Below are positions 22,915 through 36,920 of a stretch of DNA of 64,000 nucleotides, in pieces. Within the stretch, counting starts at the first letter, position 1; each line of letters starts with the position of its first letter. The notes below the pieces were generated by a model. That model was given only the letters and a program-made list of their open reading frames with translations, had not been told where the DNA came from and ran no database searches. Position numbers and translations under genes: made by a program. This DNA is from Octopus sinensis (taxonomy: Eukaryota), in assembly GCF_006345805.1 (NCBI RefSeq), contig NC_042997.1, positions 166,470,001-166,534,000 on the forward strand. The letters run 5' to 3'.

Positions 22915-25831
22915 TTAAAGACAAGTAGAATACGATACCCTGTATTTGAAAAACAGGTAAAGGTCAGCAACAGGAAGGACACGTGGTTATAAAACATTGC
23001 CTCAATAATATATATTTGCTTAATCTATGCTAGGAAAAATAGATATAAAAATGAATGAAAGAGAGACAGGGCAGGAAAGGTTAGAAGAAGTCATAGGATG
23101 TAAAGGATATTCCAGGTATGTTGTGCAAGGAGAGAAGCTGAAAGTAAGAGATTTACCAATAATCAGCATTGAGAAGATCAAATGTGCAAACTGTACAAAT
23201 CATGATTTCATTGGGAATGAAAGTATGTATATGAAATGATAGTAGTACACTTGCTTTCACTGACATCAAGAACAAAGAAACATGAAAATATTTCTATGGG
23301 AAGTTGCTGAATGGGAAAAATGGGTGGGGGAGACACAGAGCATGGGAACAGATCAAGTAGATAGATCTTGTCTGCCATGAAGAATGACCTATTATTGTTG
23401 CCTGGCAAGAAAGTGAAGACAATTTTTCTCTGTCTTATAGCAAAATAACTGTTGGTTAAGCCTAGGTCAATGCTGAAGAAAAATCACCATGATCTAAGGC
23501 ATTCCAATCATGACCATCCACTTGTTTTTTTTTTTTCCAAGGCAATATTCTCATTTTTTTTTAAGGTGGTTCATCAGGAAACCACAGTATCTCATTGGCT
23601 GTTGTTGTTGTTGTTTGGGTTCAGGTTAGCCATGAACAGACCTATGATCAAAAGCATTCAAGCTCTGACCATCCTGTCAGGCTTCCACACATATCCTGTT
23701 ATTCAAATTTCAGACACAAGGCTTTAAATGACTTGAAGTTATGATAGATATTTACTCCAGGGAGTGAGATGATTGACTGGGTGTAGCCGTTTAGACACTG
23801 AGGATCTAGCACAACTGACTGGACGTTCAACCTGTTTTAGTGGCAAGTGCTTTTTGGCAATAGAGGCAAAAAAGCCTCTCACACACACACACTATCTCTC
23901 TCTCTCTCATGCACGCACAGAAATATACATACAGATAGAGGAGAGAGAGAAGGAGAGGGACATTACATATGCATACAAACATCATTAGAAATGGTAAAGA
24001 TAATGATAGACAAATTATCAGTCGCAATGTTGAGAATTCAAATGCTGCTGAGTTGAACTTTGTTAATCATCTTTTCAAGGTCAATAAAGTAAGTATTTAT
24101 AATGAGACTGGAATCACTTTAACTGACACTACTTCATCATCATCATCATCATCATCTTCATCGTTTAACATCCCCCTTCCATGCTGGCATGGGTGGGACG
24201 TCTCTCTTACAGATTTGAGACTTTGAACAGAATAGCTGTGGATTTATAGGGTTGATGAAACACGTACCAAAGTGGTTTATTCCAAGTTTTTCCTCACACA
24301 AATATCTGTCTTGTGCATTGAACAAATAAATTTTTGGGTTTATTGTATTATTATTAAAGCAAAGTATTCAGTAAAGTTCAAGGGTTATATCAACTTAAGT
24401 TGTTTAGTCTCAGGTCGGCCTTAACTGAGCAGATCTATAATCAAAGGAATTCTAGTGATAACCTTTATTTTATTCAGACAGTGCATTCAGTATCACATTA
24501 TTCAGTACAACCAAACCCAATGAAAAACTTAGATGAAATATATTCAAGTGCCCCGACGGCAGAAATGCTATGGGTATGACTTGATTGTAGATGTTGTAGT
24601 TATATATACACAAGGTTTAAACCCAGGCAAGCGATGATCAAGCAAATCTATGATGAGATACATTACACTTGTGACTCTCTCATCTCCTTATTTGAGCAGG
24701 GGACCGAGTACAACCACCATGTACTTTTCTAAGCCTGTAAAGGGTGATTTTCTGGAATTTGGTTGCTACTGTTAGCAGATCAATCAACTACGGAGAGACT
24801 TCTTTGTTGACTCCTCCAGGTACACAACAGAGCATTGGTTACATACAACGATTACTTAGCTGACTGGATATCTGTTGAATGTTTGTGTTATACAACGACA
24901 ATCGATATTTCTGTTTTTACACGCTTACACAAATAAAGAAAGTCAATAATTGGGTTTTATGACATGTGCGCTGAGGTCAAAAACCTTGAGAAGTCTCAAT
25001 GTACATTGTGTCTTCTTTTATAATTCATTTCACAGCTAAGATTTTTAAGGGATAACTTTGGGAAATTTTCTTTTAATCGTAAGACTTTGACAGAGGACAA
25101 CTTTGTTCGTGTTTCGAGGGACGATGTACGGCTACTTATCAAATACGCTATTTAGCCCCAAGGCAGCTCCGATTAAAAGTATTCAAGACATAACAATCCC
25201 GTCTATTTTGAGGATTTATATATCTAGGATTACACCTTTCAAGGTGTCCTTCCATTTTTAAGAGAGCAGAGAGTGATATTGCTTCTATTTCTAGCAGGCA
25301 ATTATTGAATAAGCACATCGACTATTTGCACACACACGTTAAAGAGAAACAAGAGAAATGAAAATAAAAATACCAAGCATCGTATAAACGACGATCATTT
25401 GAAAGGCCAATATAAAGCATTATTAATCAAGTCTAACACAAATTATTTAACAATAATAAAGTGAATCATCAATTTCCCAAGTTGTACGATCCAGGAAAAT
25501 CAATGTTTTTAATAACTAAAGTACTTTAGGAAAAATATATATCCTGTATATTTTGGACAAAAGATATTCTATATCTGTTAATTATTTAATATACAAATTA
25601 AAAAGAAACTTTCATCACTTATTTAGTTAGGGTTGCATCTTCGATCGAAAAAAAAAATGATACCACGTTAATTGAAGTCCTATACACGAAAAGTCATAGT
25701 TTTAATTAACAAGTAGTTAAAATAAACAATCCAGTAGTAGACTGTAAATGTACTAATTAAATGTTAATGTTTACGGGAAGAGGATAGCAATCAAATACGA
25801 AAAGAGAAAAATAAAACAAAAAATACATTAC

Positions 25832-25890
25832 CCATCTACTGTTTCGACAATACGGTGAATGGCAATGAAAATTAGAAATATTTGATACAT
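25832..25890 (-). CDS. NAGPA: NAGPA exon 1 (signal peptide MYQIFLIFIAIHRIVETVD-G)
   Basis: ATG at 25890 with an in-frame upstream stop, hydrophobic N-terminus, donor GG|GTAATG. 59 nt, phase 2, which matches the exon 2 acceptor phase. No homology support for this short exon. Confidence 0.7.
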
Positions 25891-25979
25891 ATCTTGTGGA
25901 CGTCATGGATATTTACAATGTTTACACGAATAAAAACACAGAGACTACTTGACAGGATAACCAACACATGACAATAGAC

Positions 25980-26060
25980 TGTGCGTGCGCGAGCGCTTCC
26001 GGGTATTTATACCCGAGTTATTGGCTCGTTGGCAACATCGTTCACGTGATATAAACTCAA
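25980..26060 (-). promoter_or_regulatory. Putative NAGPA core promoter (CpG-rich patch, ETS-like CTTCCGG, E-box/CLEAR-like TCACGTGA)
   Basis: Locally GC/CpG-rich non-repeat patch 90-170 bp upstream of the ATG. CTTCCGG at about 25996-26002, TCACGTGA at 26042-26049, palindrome CGGGTAT-TT-ATACCCG at about 26000-26015. Confidence 0.5.
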
Positions 26061-26133
26061 GAGTTATTTCCCCTTCTCAAAGGTTCTTCCCATTTTTTAA
26101 CACTGAAGATGAACGTCTTCTATCTTGCTATAT

Positions 26134-26546
26134 GCGGCGAGCTGGCAGAAACGTTAGCACGCCGGACGAAATGCTTAGCGGTATTTCGTCTGTCGTTACG
26201 TTCTGAGTTCAAATTCCGCCGAGGTCGACTTTGCCTTTCATCCTTTCGGGGTCGATAAATTAAGTACCAGTTACGCACTGGGGTCGATGTAATCGACTTA
26301 ATACCTATGTCTGTCCTTGTTTGTCCCCTCTGTGTTTAGCCCCTTGTGGGTAATAAAGAAATAGGTATTTCGTCTGTCGTTACGTTCTGAGTTCAAATTC
26401 CACCGGGGTCAACTTTGCCTTTCATCCTCTCGGGGTTGATAAATAAAGTACCAGTTTTGCACTGGGGTCGATATAATCGACTTAATCCCTTTGTCTGTCC
26501 TTGTTTGACCCCTCTATGTTTAGCCCCTTGTGGGTAGTAAAGAAAT
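26134..26546 (+). mobile_element. SINE family A dimer (full unit plus headless unit)
   Basis: Junction GAAATAG|GTATTTCG at 26364/26365. Confidence 0.85.
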
Positions 26547-27254
26547 ATATATGCCCTTCTCTGCATCAAAAAAGAATTCGTTGACTTGAACACAAGTAAC
26601 ATGTGCAATTGACATATCACTTGACGTCGTGAAAATAGTTATAAATTTAAATTCACCACATCAGGTTTACATAAATTCCTTAACTTTTGGATCATACTAC
26701 TCGACACTCCATGGGGGATAATCTGAAATGATCTGGCTTAGACATGTCAGCGTATCCTGTTCCCACTTATCACGCAAATGCGGCTGATCGACAACTTTCT
26801 TTATAAAGCTTACTTCTCAATCACGTCGTCTCGGGTTCAATCCCGCTGCACAGCACACTGGGCAAGTATCCTCTGCTATAGACACTAGGCTGACTATAGT
26901 CTTTTGAGTAGATTTAGCGGACGGAAACTGAAAGAAGCCGGTCCTATATATGTATACATCTATGTGTGTGTATTTGTGTTCGTTCACCCACCACCGCATG
27001 ATAACCGGTACTGGTTCGTTTATGTCCTTGTAACTGAGCGGTTCGACAAGAGAACCAGAAAGAATAAGCACCAGACTTTAAAAATAAGTACTGAGATCGA
27101 TTTGTTAAACTAAAGCCTTCAAAACTGTGCTCCAGTATGGCCGCATTCCAATGACTGAAACAAGTAAAAAGTTAAAGGTAAACTATACCATCGCGAGAGA
27201 GGTCAGCAAAGTACTTTTCTTTTTAAACCTAACCAAAACCAGTACATCATTATA

Positions 27255-27447
27255 GGTGGAGGCGCGGCTGTGTGGTAAGAAGCTTGCTTCCCAACCACAT
27301 AGTTTCAGGTTCACTTCACTGCGTAGCACTTTGGGCAAGTGCTTTCTATTATAGCCCCGTGCCAACCAAAGCCTTGTGGATCGATTTGGTAGACGGAAAC
27401 TGAAAGAAGCACGTCGTATGAATGTATATATATATATCTATGTGTGC

Positions 27448-27497
<50 letters not shown>

Positions 27498-27700
27498 CTT
27501 TGTGTTTATCCTCCCATCACAGCTTGACAACCGGTACTGGTGTGTTAACGTCCCCGTAACTTAGCGGTTAGGCAAAAGAGACTGATAGAATAAGTACTAG
27601 GCTTTAAAAGATAAGTCCTGGGGTCGATACATTTGACTAAAAGTCCTTCAAGGCGGAGCCCCAGCATGACCGCAGTCTGATAACCGAAACAAAGAAAAGA
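27255..27700 (+). mobile_element. SINE family B
   Basis: TGGCTGTGTGG..GGTTCA head, GGAAACTGAAAGAAG, internal (TG)n, CCAGCATGGCCGCAGTC tail. Confidence 0.8.
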
Positions 27701-28414
27701 TATAAAACATCTACCTTTTTTCTCATTAGCACCTCTTGCCAATGATTCACTTGCCATTACATGTACGTTACGATTAACTACAAGGTATCCTTAAAAGAAT
27801 AGTGCAACATTAATGTAGAGTGCTTTTTGGGACATTTTTTATACTAAAATCTCATCTGCACTGTGAAAGTTTAAATCATTCAACTCTACCAATTGTTAAA
27901 TCAGGATACATTTGTCTTACGTTTAATTTGAAACAGCAAATACAAAAAATGATAAATAAATCTTTTATTTTTTTTACCCGTTTCAGTCACTGGACTGCAG
28001 CTATACTGCGCACCCGTATTTGAAGGATTTAGTCAATCAAACCGATCCCAGTACTTATTTTAAGCCTGGTACTTATTACATTATCTTTTAGGTCGAACCG
28101 CTAGGTTACAGAGGCACAAACAAACCAACAGTTGCCAAGCATGCACGCACGCACGTACACACACAACGAGTTTGTTTCAGTTTCCGTCTGCCAAATACAC
28201 TCACAAGACTTAGGTCGGTCCAAGGCTATAGTAGAAGACACTTAGACAAGGTGCAGTGCTACTGAACTCAAGACAACATGGATGGGAAGCAAGCTTCTCA
28301 ACCACACAGCTCTTCCCTTCGCCTATAAACAAATAAATTGTTTCAACATTTTTGGCACAAGGCCAGCAGTTTTAGAGGAAAAGGGTTAGTCGGTTGCTTC
28401 GATCCTAATACTTG

Positions 28415-28805
28415 AGTGGCTGTGTGGTAAGTAGCTTGCTTACCAACTACATGGTTCCGGGTTCAGTCCCATTGCGTGACACCTTGGGAAAATGTCTTCT
28501 ACTATAGCCTCGGGGCGACCAAGTGGATTTAGTAGACGGAAACTGAAAGAAGCCCGTCGTATATATGTATATATATGTATGTATGTGTGCATGTGTATGC
28601 GTTTGTGTTTGTCTTCACTCCCAGCTTCGCTTGACAACCGATTCTGGTGTGCTTACGTCTCCGTAACTTAGCGGTTCGGCAAAAGAGACCGATAGAATAA
28701 GTACTGGGCTTACAAAGAATAAGTCCTGGGGTCGATTTGCTCGACTAAAGGCGGTGCTCCAGCATGGCCGCAGTCAAATGACTGAAACAAGTAAAAGAGT
28801 AAAAA
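28415..28805 (+). mobile_element. SINE family B
   Basis: Same consensus as the other copies. Confidence 0.85.
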
Positions 28806-29044
28806 GAGACCCCGAAAGGTTGAGAGGCAAAGTTGATACTGGCAGTACTGGAACTCAAGACTTCTGGGAAAAAGGCTGCTAAGCATTTCTGTCCGACGCG
28901 CAAACGACTGGGCGAGCTCACCGCCTAAAATGAATGAATAAATAAACAAAAGCACGGCGACGTATTTCTCTTACGCATGTCCACTTTCGATAATTATCTT
29001 ATACTATTCAGAAACATAATGGTTCACTAAGAAAAATATTATGA

Positions 29045-29560
29045 ACTAGCAGTATCGCCCGGCGTTGCTCGGGTTTGTAAGGGAAATAACTATATAAGCA
29101 TTTTTAGAGAGTTACTTCCCTTATAGATTCCAATTTGGGCTTTCTTAGCCATTTCTGTTTTGGTGTCTTCAAGCCAAGAAGTCGTTGTTCTAAAAGAACG
29201 CTGGTCTCCTTGACAACGCTTTACGACGTTGATTTCCTTACACTCCCTTCCCCACAGCTTCACGAGGGAGGGAAGAAGGGGGAGAAGCAAATAGGTGCAG
29301 GTGTGACCATGGACGCCAACTCCGCCGCCATCGACACACGAAAAATTATGCATTAAAATGGAATAAAAAATGATGTTAAATTATTTTAAAAATCGTAGAC
29401 TCATCGTAGACGCGCGCTAATAGCCAGACGGGCTCGATATGAATCACGACTATAAGATACCCGAATTTGGTTAAACTGCACCGCAAAATGTGGGAGTAGT
29501 TAGGAATCTAAATCGAAGGGGACAGACACTCACACAACTACAGTTTTATATATATAGATA
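29045..29560 (+). mobile_element. Non-autonomous Helitron/Helentron-like (DINE-1-type) element
   Basis: Starts ACTAGCAGTATCGCCCGGCGTTGCTCGGG and ends CAGTTTTATATATATAGA. The same ends bound a different interior at 46876-47272. Confidence 0.55.
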
Positions 29561-29916
29561 TGTTAGAGTGGCTTTAAAAGCCATTATTTCTCTTTTAATT
29601 TACTTACGATTAAAAAAGGAGCCCCTTCTTCCATAATATGTAGGTGAGAATTGTAGTTTCATTGAATGCAGTCTTATCAACCTCGGAGAATTTTGTTTTT
29701 CTCTTCTGCTTGAATAGACACTTAAAATTTAAGATTAGGAAGGATAATTGCAGTTCTGATGACACCTATTGAATTTGAGACACGTTTATGTATGTATTGT
29801 TTCTCAACTACATGGTTCCGGGTTCAGTCACACTGCGTGGCACTCTGGGAAGGTGTCTCAACCAAATCCACTCACAAGGTTTTGGTTGGCTCGAGGGTGT
29901 GAGTCGATAACATTGA

Positions 29917-31625
29917 TGCCTAGGCATCTTTACTGTCGAAGATCAAAATGTTCCATCTCCATCACCTCTGACACCGGACTCTATAACTACAAGGACATTT
30001 ACACCAGCAATGCTACAACGCCACCTTAAGAATAAACTTAACTATGCTTCTCCTGGTCTCGATGGTAATACATACCTACTTCTCAAACGCGGTGGGTACT
30101 TTCTTCTGAATCAACTTTCACTATTCTTTCAATTCTGTCTTGACAATGGTGTTACTCCAGAGCAGTGGAAAACTGCCAGTGTTATCCCTCTGTTCAAAAA
30201 AGGTGACCGCACATCGCCTGTCAACTATCGCCCCGTCAGTTTTACTAGCTGCATCGCCAAACTGATGGAATCCAGTGTCAGAGAAACCCTCTGGAACTTC
30301 TGGAAATCTTACAGCCTCATCCAGCTGTCACAGTTTGGATTTATTCCTAACTTCAGCTCCTGTAATCAACTCATCGAGTTTCTTGAAGATATTACCCGAA
30401 TCACCGATGGCGGTTCCTGGGTGGATGTTGTTTACCTGGATTTTGCTAAAGCTTTTAATTCTGTGCCCCACAAAGGACTTATGGTGAAACTCTCTGTAAT
30501 GGGTGTAAGAGATAATCTCTATAACTGGTTGAAGTCCTTCATAACCGGCCGAAAAGAGGTTGTCACAGTTCTAGGACAGTACTCTTCACCTTATGAGATG
30601 ACATCTGGTGTACCACAGGGATTTGTTCTTGGCCCCCTTTTATTTGTTGCATATATTAATGACATAGATGCCAACTTAAAAAATGCCACAGTGCTGAAAT
30701 ATGCAGATGACATCAAGATGTACGTCGAAATAAAGAGGACAGGTCCTGTACACTACAGATCTTTATTGCAATCAGACCTGGACACAATGCAGCAATGGAT
30801 CATGGACTGGCAACTCAAGTTGGCTGTGGACAAATGTACCACCATGCATTTTGGGAGGAAAACCCAGCGTCTACTTACTCCCTCCACAACACTAATCTCA
30901 AAAAGTCTTCTTGTGAACGTGACCTGGGCATTATTGTCGACAGCAATTTGCGTTGGACAAAACACATTGCTAAAATTGCCAAGAAGGCTGAGGGTGTCTT
31001 GACATCACTTACCAAGTCCTTTGTGAGCCGCTCTCCGGATATCTATCTGGGGCTTTATATAGCTATGATGCAGCCTCACCTGGAATTTGCATCACCGGTC
31101 TGGAACCCCTATCTTGTCCAGGATATTAATCGCCTGGAAACCGTTCAGCGACGTGGGACCAAGAGAATACCCTCCATCAGGCATTTGCCATATTCTGAAT
31201 GCCTTACTTCCCTGGGCACGGATACATTGAAGCTCCAACGTCTGGCAACTGACGAGGCAGACACCCATAAAATTATTAACCATCTTACTAACAATAACTC
31301 TGAGCACCTTTTCAAACTCCACCTGTCTAACACCCGTGGACATGTTCACAAAGTCAGAAAACAGCACACCTCCCATGACTTTCGGAAACATTTTTTCACG
31401 CTAAGAGTTGCTGAAGTATGGAACAAACTGCCGGCATCCTTCAAAACTTCCATGCTTCCTGAGATTCGCCAACATTACACCTGATTTTCTCCCTTCCATT
31501 CACACGCAAGCATGTATCTGACTCATACACTGTTCACTTTCCAGACATTTGTGCATTACTACATATGCTTTATACGCACTTTAGAAAAGTTGTAGTGCAC
31601 CTGAGCACTGCATACAATAATTTCA
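29917..31625 (+). mobile_element. 5'-truncated CR1/L2-type LINE, RT with one frameshift near 30860
   Basis: SPGLDG..WKTASVIPLFKKG..NYRPVS..LDFAKAF..GVPQG.VLGP..YADD..HLEFASPVWNPY..LETVQRR..NTRGH..FFTLRV..WNKLP. Confidence 0.9.
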
Positions 31626-33718
31626 TTATATTATTATTTAACTTGCAACTTATTTTATCGACCCTGAAGAGATGAAAGGCAAAGTCGACTTCAGCGAAAT
31701 TTGAACTCAAAACATAAAACCAGACGACATGCCACCAGGCATTTTGTCCGACGTGCTAACGATTCAACCAGTTCGCCACCTTGATGATGATAATAATGGC
31801 GAACTTACTTAAGTTGAGGATGAAGATAATCATTGGACTTTGAGATATTTGTTGATAATGGTAATCATGCTAAAATCGAAGACTATTATGAAATTTAAAA
31901 TTATATCAAGGGAGATAACTATATTGAAACAAAGCATGGATCAAAGGTTTTCAATCTTTTCAACTTTGTATTTACTGGAAACGATAAGTATTGGAGCAAA
32001 TTGTAAGAGATTGAAGGAAAAATAAATAAAAGCAGATTTTATTTTTAACCACTGCCCTTGGTACCAGCGGAGATGGTTATCCGCAAATGCAAGTCCCGTG
32101 AGTCAGAATAGCTACTTCAACGTATCTCCCTCGCCATCCTTCGGGCAATGCGTTTTCCATTTTATCCGCTGGTACGATGAAGCGGGCTGACAAGCCTTTT
32201 TAGATATTACTGGTTACTTATTGCTTTATTTAACCAATTATAATTCAATTAAATTCACCTTTTTGTTCAACGATTCTCGACTGTCCGCGGCATATCGAGT
32301 TATTTGTAAAATTGCCCTACAGGTATTTAATACATACTAGCAAGATTACTTCAAAAGTTCTTTCAGAAATTTTCGCAAATTTTCTTTAGTGATTGAGATA
32401 TGACCATTAAAACGATGTAGTATAATTTTTTTTAATGTAACTGCGCATGAAAGAGACAAAAGTATTTGAATAGAAGAGGGTTTTCGGGTCAACCCGACAC
32501 CCCCGCGTTTTAATGATCGATGTTGACGGTTAGATCTTTCATTCATTGCATTCGAAAAATACATTAATAATTTTCAACAGGGAAGGATATTATGTATGAA
32601 AAATAGTTTTTGAAAAAACCTGAGTTGTGGACTGATTAATTCTTACTTGTTGAAAGATCATTTAAAATAATTTAATTGAAAGTGGTTTCATTATGTAATA
32701 AAAAGAGGCATTTGTGTAGATATTTTGCTTGAAATTAAATTATTTATTTTTGTCGTTGAATGTAATTAGTTATTAGGTTTTATGCAATTAACTTTTCTTC
32801 TATGTGGCCAGATTTTATTAAACATGATATAAATAATGGGGTAAAAAAAGAAACCCGTTCAAAATTATATACAATACTACCTATTGGTAATATGTATTAT
32901 TGTGAGTTGGAAAACATGTATTAAATGAGATTATCGAAGTAGGAGATAAAAATTCCTTCTGGAAATTGTTTAAAGATCTAAAAACAAGGAAATTAACTTC
33001 AATGACATTAGCTTATCAAAATCTCAACAATATACCTCGTACTAAAAGTCTCAACTATGTCGGTGTATTTGCAAGTTGTCTCCCTTGAAATAGTCGAGAC
33101 GTGCAAGATTGCAGTATAATAGCAGTGAAATATATGGGGATGACTAGAGTAATGTTTGTTGCTTCTGATAATTATAATCAGTAAATGGTAGTTTTTGCTA
33201 CTCTCTGCGTTCATTTATATCCTTCATCCTTTCAGGGTCTATAAAAAAAAAAAAACTCCCCAAAAACACAGTACCAATCCAGGGAGGTATATTGACTGAA
33301 TTGTAAGAATTTGGACAAGATTCCATGTGGAAATTGTCCCGGTTCCTTTGTTTTGAGTTAAAATCATGAAATGGTCTATTTAGGATAAACCTCTCTACGT
33401 GTTACCGAGGGTGTTCTTAGTTGTGTCTACTCTGATGAAAGCATTCGGGTACGGTTTCTGGTTTGAGGTTAGCTTCCCCTCTTCCCCCTACCCGCCTCGG
33501 TGAACATGGGGAGGCTCTAAGGGTTATGGGTTATCCTGACTAAAGGATAAAAATATAGTCTGTTTATAGGACTGTATATATGTAATGATGTTCTTTTGTA
33601 GGCATCAATAAAAGAGGGAGAGAAGGAAAGAGAGAGAGAGAAAGAAATAGAGAGAAAGAGAAAGAAAGAGAGGGAGCGAGAAAGAGAGAGTGTGTCTGTG
33701 TATGCATGTGTAGGGAGG

Positions 33719-33767
<49 letters not shown>

Positions 33768-33974
33768 AAATCAATAACGTGAGGGGCTAAGTCGATTACG
33801 TTGACCCAGTGTTCGAACAGTACTTATTTTATCGACCTGGAAAGGATAAAAAATCAAAGTCGACGCCGGCGGAATTTGAACTCAGATCGTGAAGACGGAT
33901 TAAATGCCGCTAAGCATTTTGCTTGGAGTGCAAATGATTCTGCCAGCTCGCTGCCTAACTAAGCAGAAAATATT

Positions 33975-35035
33975 ATTTTCTACTCTAGGAACAAGGCCCG
34001 AAATTTTTGAGGAAGCGGGCAGTCAATTAGATCGATCCCAGTACGCAACTGGTACTTAATTTATCGACTCCGAAAGGATGAAAGGCAAAGTCGACCTCGG
34101 CGCTCGGCGTAAAGACAGACAAAATACCTATTTCTTTACTACCCACAAGGGGCTAAACACAGAGAGGACAAACAAGGACAGACAAACAGATGAAAGGCAA
34201 AGTCGATCTCGGCGGAATTTGAACTCACAACGTAGCGGCAGACGAAATACCTATTTCTTTACTACCCACAAGGGGCTAAACACTGAGAGGACAAACAAGG
34301 ACAGACAAACAGATTAAATCGATTATATCGACTCCAGTGCGTAACTGGTACTTATTTAATCGACCCCGAAAGGATAAAAGGTAAAGTCGATCTCGGCGGA
34401 ATTTGAACTCACAGCGTAGCGGCAGACGAAATACCTATTTCTTTACTACCCACAAGGGGATAAACACAAAGAGGACAAACAAGGACAGACAAACAGATTA
34501 AGTCGATTATATCGACCCCAGTACGTAACTGGTACTTATTTAATCGACCCCGAAAAGATGAAAGGCAAAGTCGATCTCGGCGGAATTTGAACTCAGAACG
34601 TAGCGGCAGACGAAATACCTATTTCTTTACTACCCACAAGGGGATAAACACAAAGAGGACAAACAAGGACAGACAAACAGATTAAGTCGATTATATCGAC
34701 CCCAGTACGTAACTGGTACTTATTTAATCGACCCCGAAAAGATGAAAGGCAAAGTCGATCTCGGCGGAATTTGAACTCAGAACGTAGCGGCAGACGAAAT
34801 ACCAATTTCTTTACTACCCACAAGGGGCTAAACACAGAGAAGACAAACAAGGACAAACAAACGGATTAAGTCGATTACATCGACCCAGTACGTAACTGGT
34901 ACTTATTTAATCGACCCCGAAAGGATGAAAGGCAAAGTCGACCTCGGCGGAATTTGAACTCAGAATGCAAAGACAGACGAAATAATGCTAAGCATTTCGC
35001 CCAGCGTGCTAACGTTTCTGCCAGCTCGCCGCCTT
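33975..35035 (-). repeat. Head-to-tail array of SINE family A units, 184-bp period
   Basis: Junctions GAAATAC|CTATTTC at about 34127, 34250, 34434, 34618 and 34802. Only the rightmost unit keeps the tRNA head. Confidence 0.9.
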
Positions 35036-35784
35036 ACTATGCATAAAATATGACTAAGGAAATCTTTAACAAAGTAAAAAAAAAGAAAAAAAAGAGGTTT
35101 ACGCTCGAATACAGTAATGCTTTTGATATAATACATACAAATCCCTGTCCCACGCACGCGCATGCCCACACATGCAAATTCGCATTAGGTGCAGTCTTGC
35201 AAGCCATGTCAAGTAGAAAGGCCAAGTGAATCATTATCTGCTTCCATTTAAACAAACATATACTATGATAAAATACGTTAGATTTTATATGTGATGTATT
35301 TGTGCTGATTTTATTTTAAGTGTCTACTTTGCAATTAGTAATCTTCTATATTTATCCAAATATTTTTATGTTGAATTCATTACAAATTTGGAAGTCTATC
35401 AACAAGTATTTTTCTATCCAATTTTATGCTGTGTACAGTGTCATGGGTTGCGAAGATTTTTTGTAAATGCATAATCAACTGACGACTCCTGTTCTATGTA
35501 ATAATTTGAATCATGAATTTTATAACTTTCATGTTTATATTGAAATTTATATATTACATTCATTACTTCCGTTGCCTGTAAATTATTAGGTAGTGGTTCC
35601 GTGTTGATAAGAAATTTTATTTTGGAATGTTAAATAACAATAGGAAAATACGAACAATCCTTAATAATAATAATAATAATAATAATAAACAAAGATCAAA
35701 CTTGAACATAGCCTTTTGTCAGTATGAGGCAGTTTGGCACGACCGTTTTGGCGCAGCTTATTCGACGTCGCTCATTCGATGCTG

Positions 35785-36010
35785 ATGAGCTGGCAGAGAC
35801 GTTAGCACGCCGGGCGAAGTGCTTCGCGGTATTTCACCCGTCGCTACGTTCTGAGCTCAAATTCCGCCGAGGTCGACTTTGCCTTTCATCCTTTCGGGGT
35901 CGATAAATTAAGTACCAGTTATGCACTGAGGTCGATGTAATCGACTTAATCCGTTTGTCTGTCCTTGTTTGTCCCCTCTATGCTTAGCCCCTTGTGGGTA
36001 ATAAAGAAAC
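35785..36010 (+). mobile_element. SINE family A
   Basis: Same body and tail as 774-1004. Confidence 0.85.
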
Positions 36011-36864
36011 GGATATATTTAACATCAGATGTTTTAATATTTTTCTCATTCTATTCCACCCCTCTCTCTCCCCTTCTCTCTCTATGTGTGCGTGTGTGTG
36101 AGTGTGAAGATATTTCTCTATGTGTATGAGGAGAGGGAAAGCGTTAATGCCAATCGTGTTCAATTAATGAATTTTAATGTCTTTCTCCCCCTCCCTCTCT
36201 CACACATACTCTTCATATCTGTATGTGTATACTTCTGCATACATGCGCGCGCGCACACGCACACGTACGCATTAATGGATCTGTTAGAGCGTCGGGCCGA
36301 ATGCTTTGCAGTATCAGTTTCGGCTCTTTGTGTTGTAAACGCAATGCCTGCAGTCACACTGGCCATTCTCTTGGATATCATAGTTAGGTTAGGGATCTTA
36401 CAATCCAAATGCAGAAATCCAACCCCTCCACAGACGTTAAATGATGGTGTACAAAATGCAACAAATAACAAATTTTTAATCTATTTAAACTCTACAGACG
36501 AAAACAAAATCTTAACAGTTTTTGTTAGCGACTCTCAAAGAATAAGGGAGATAATTTCAATAAATTTAAAATCAAATTCTCAAGTTAAGTTTCATGCTTA
36601 GGGAAACAACAAACTGTTCTTTATAAGGTTATCTCTACAGATTATCTGTTATAGATTTCGTAGTACATTATGGTTGCATAACGAAATACCGTGTGCCTAC
36701 AAGTCACTAAACCGATCTTTGTTTTGACGTAAGGTACAAATAAAGACTTATGGTTCTGTATATTTGATTCCATCAGCATAGAACACCCTACTCAGGCCTG
36801 AAGATCCATGATAGTTTTTTTCGTATATGATAAAAGCTTTATCTATACATACACACAAATTGCG

Positions 36865-36920
<56 letters not shown>

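Noticed and set aside
33430-33470. CTGATGA motif
   Set aside because: No stem II or GAAA follows.
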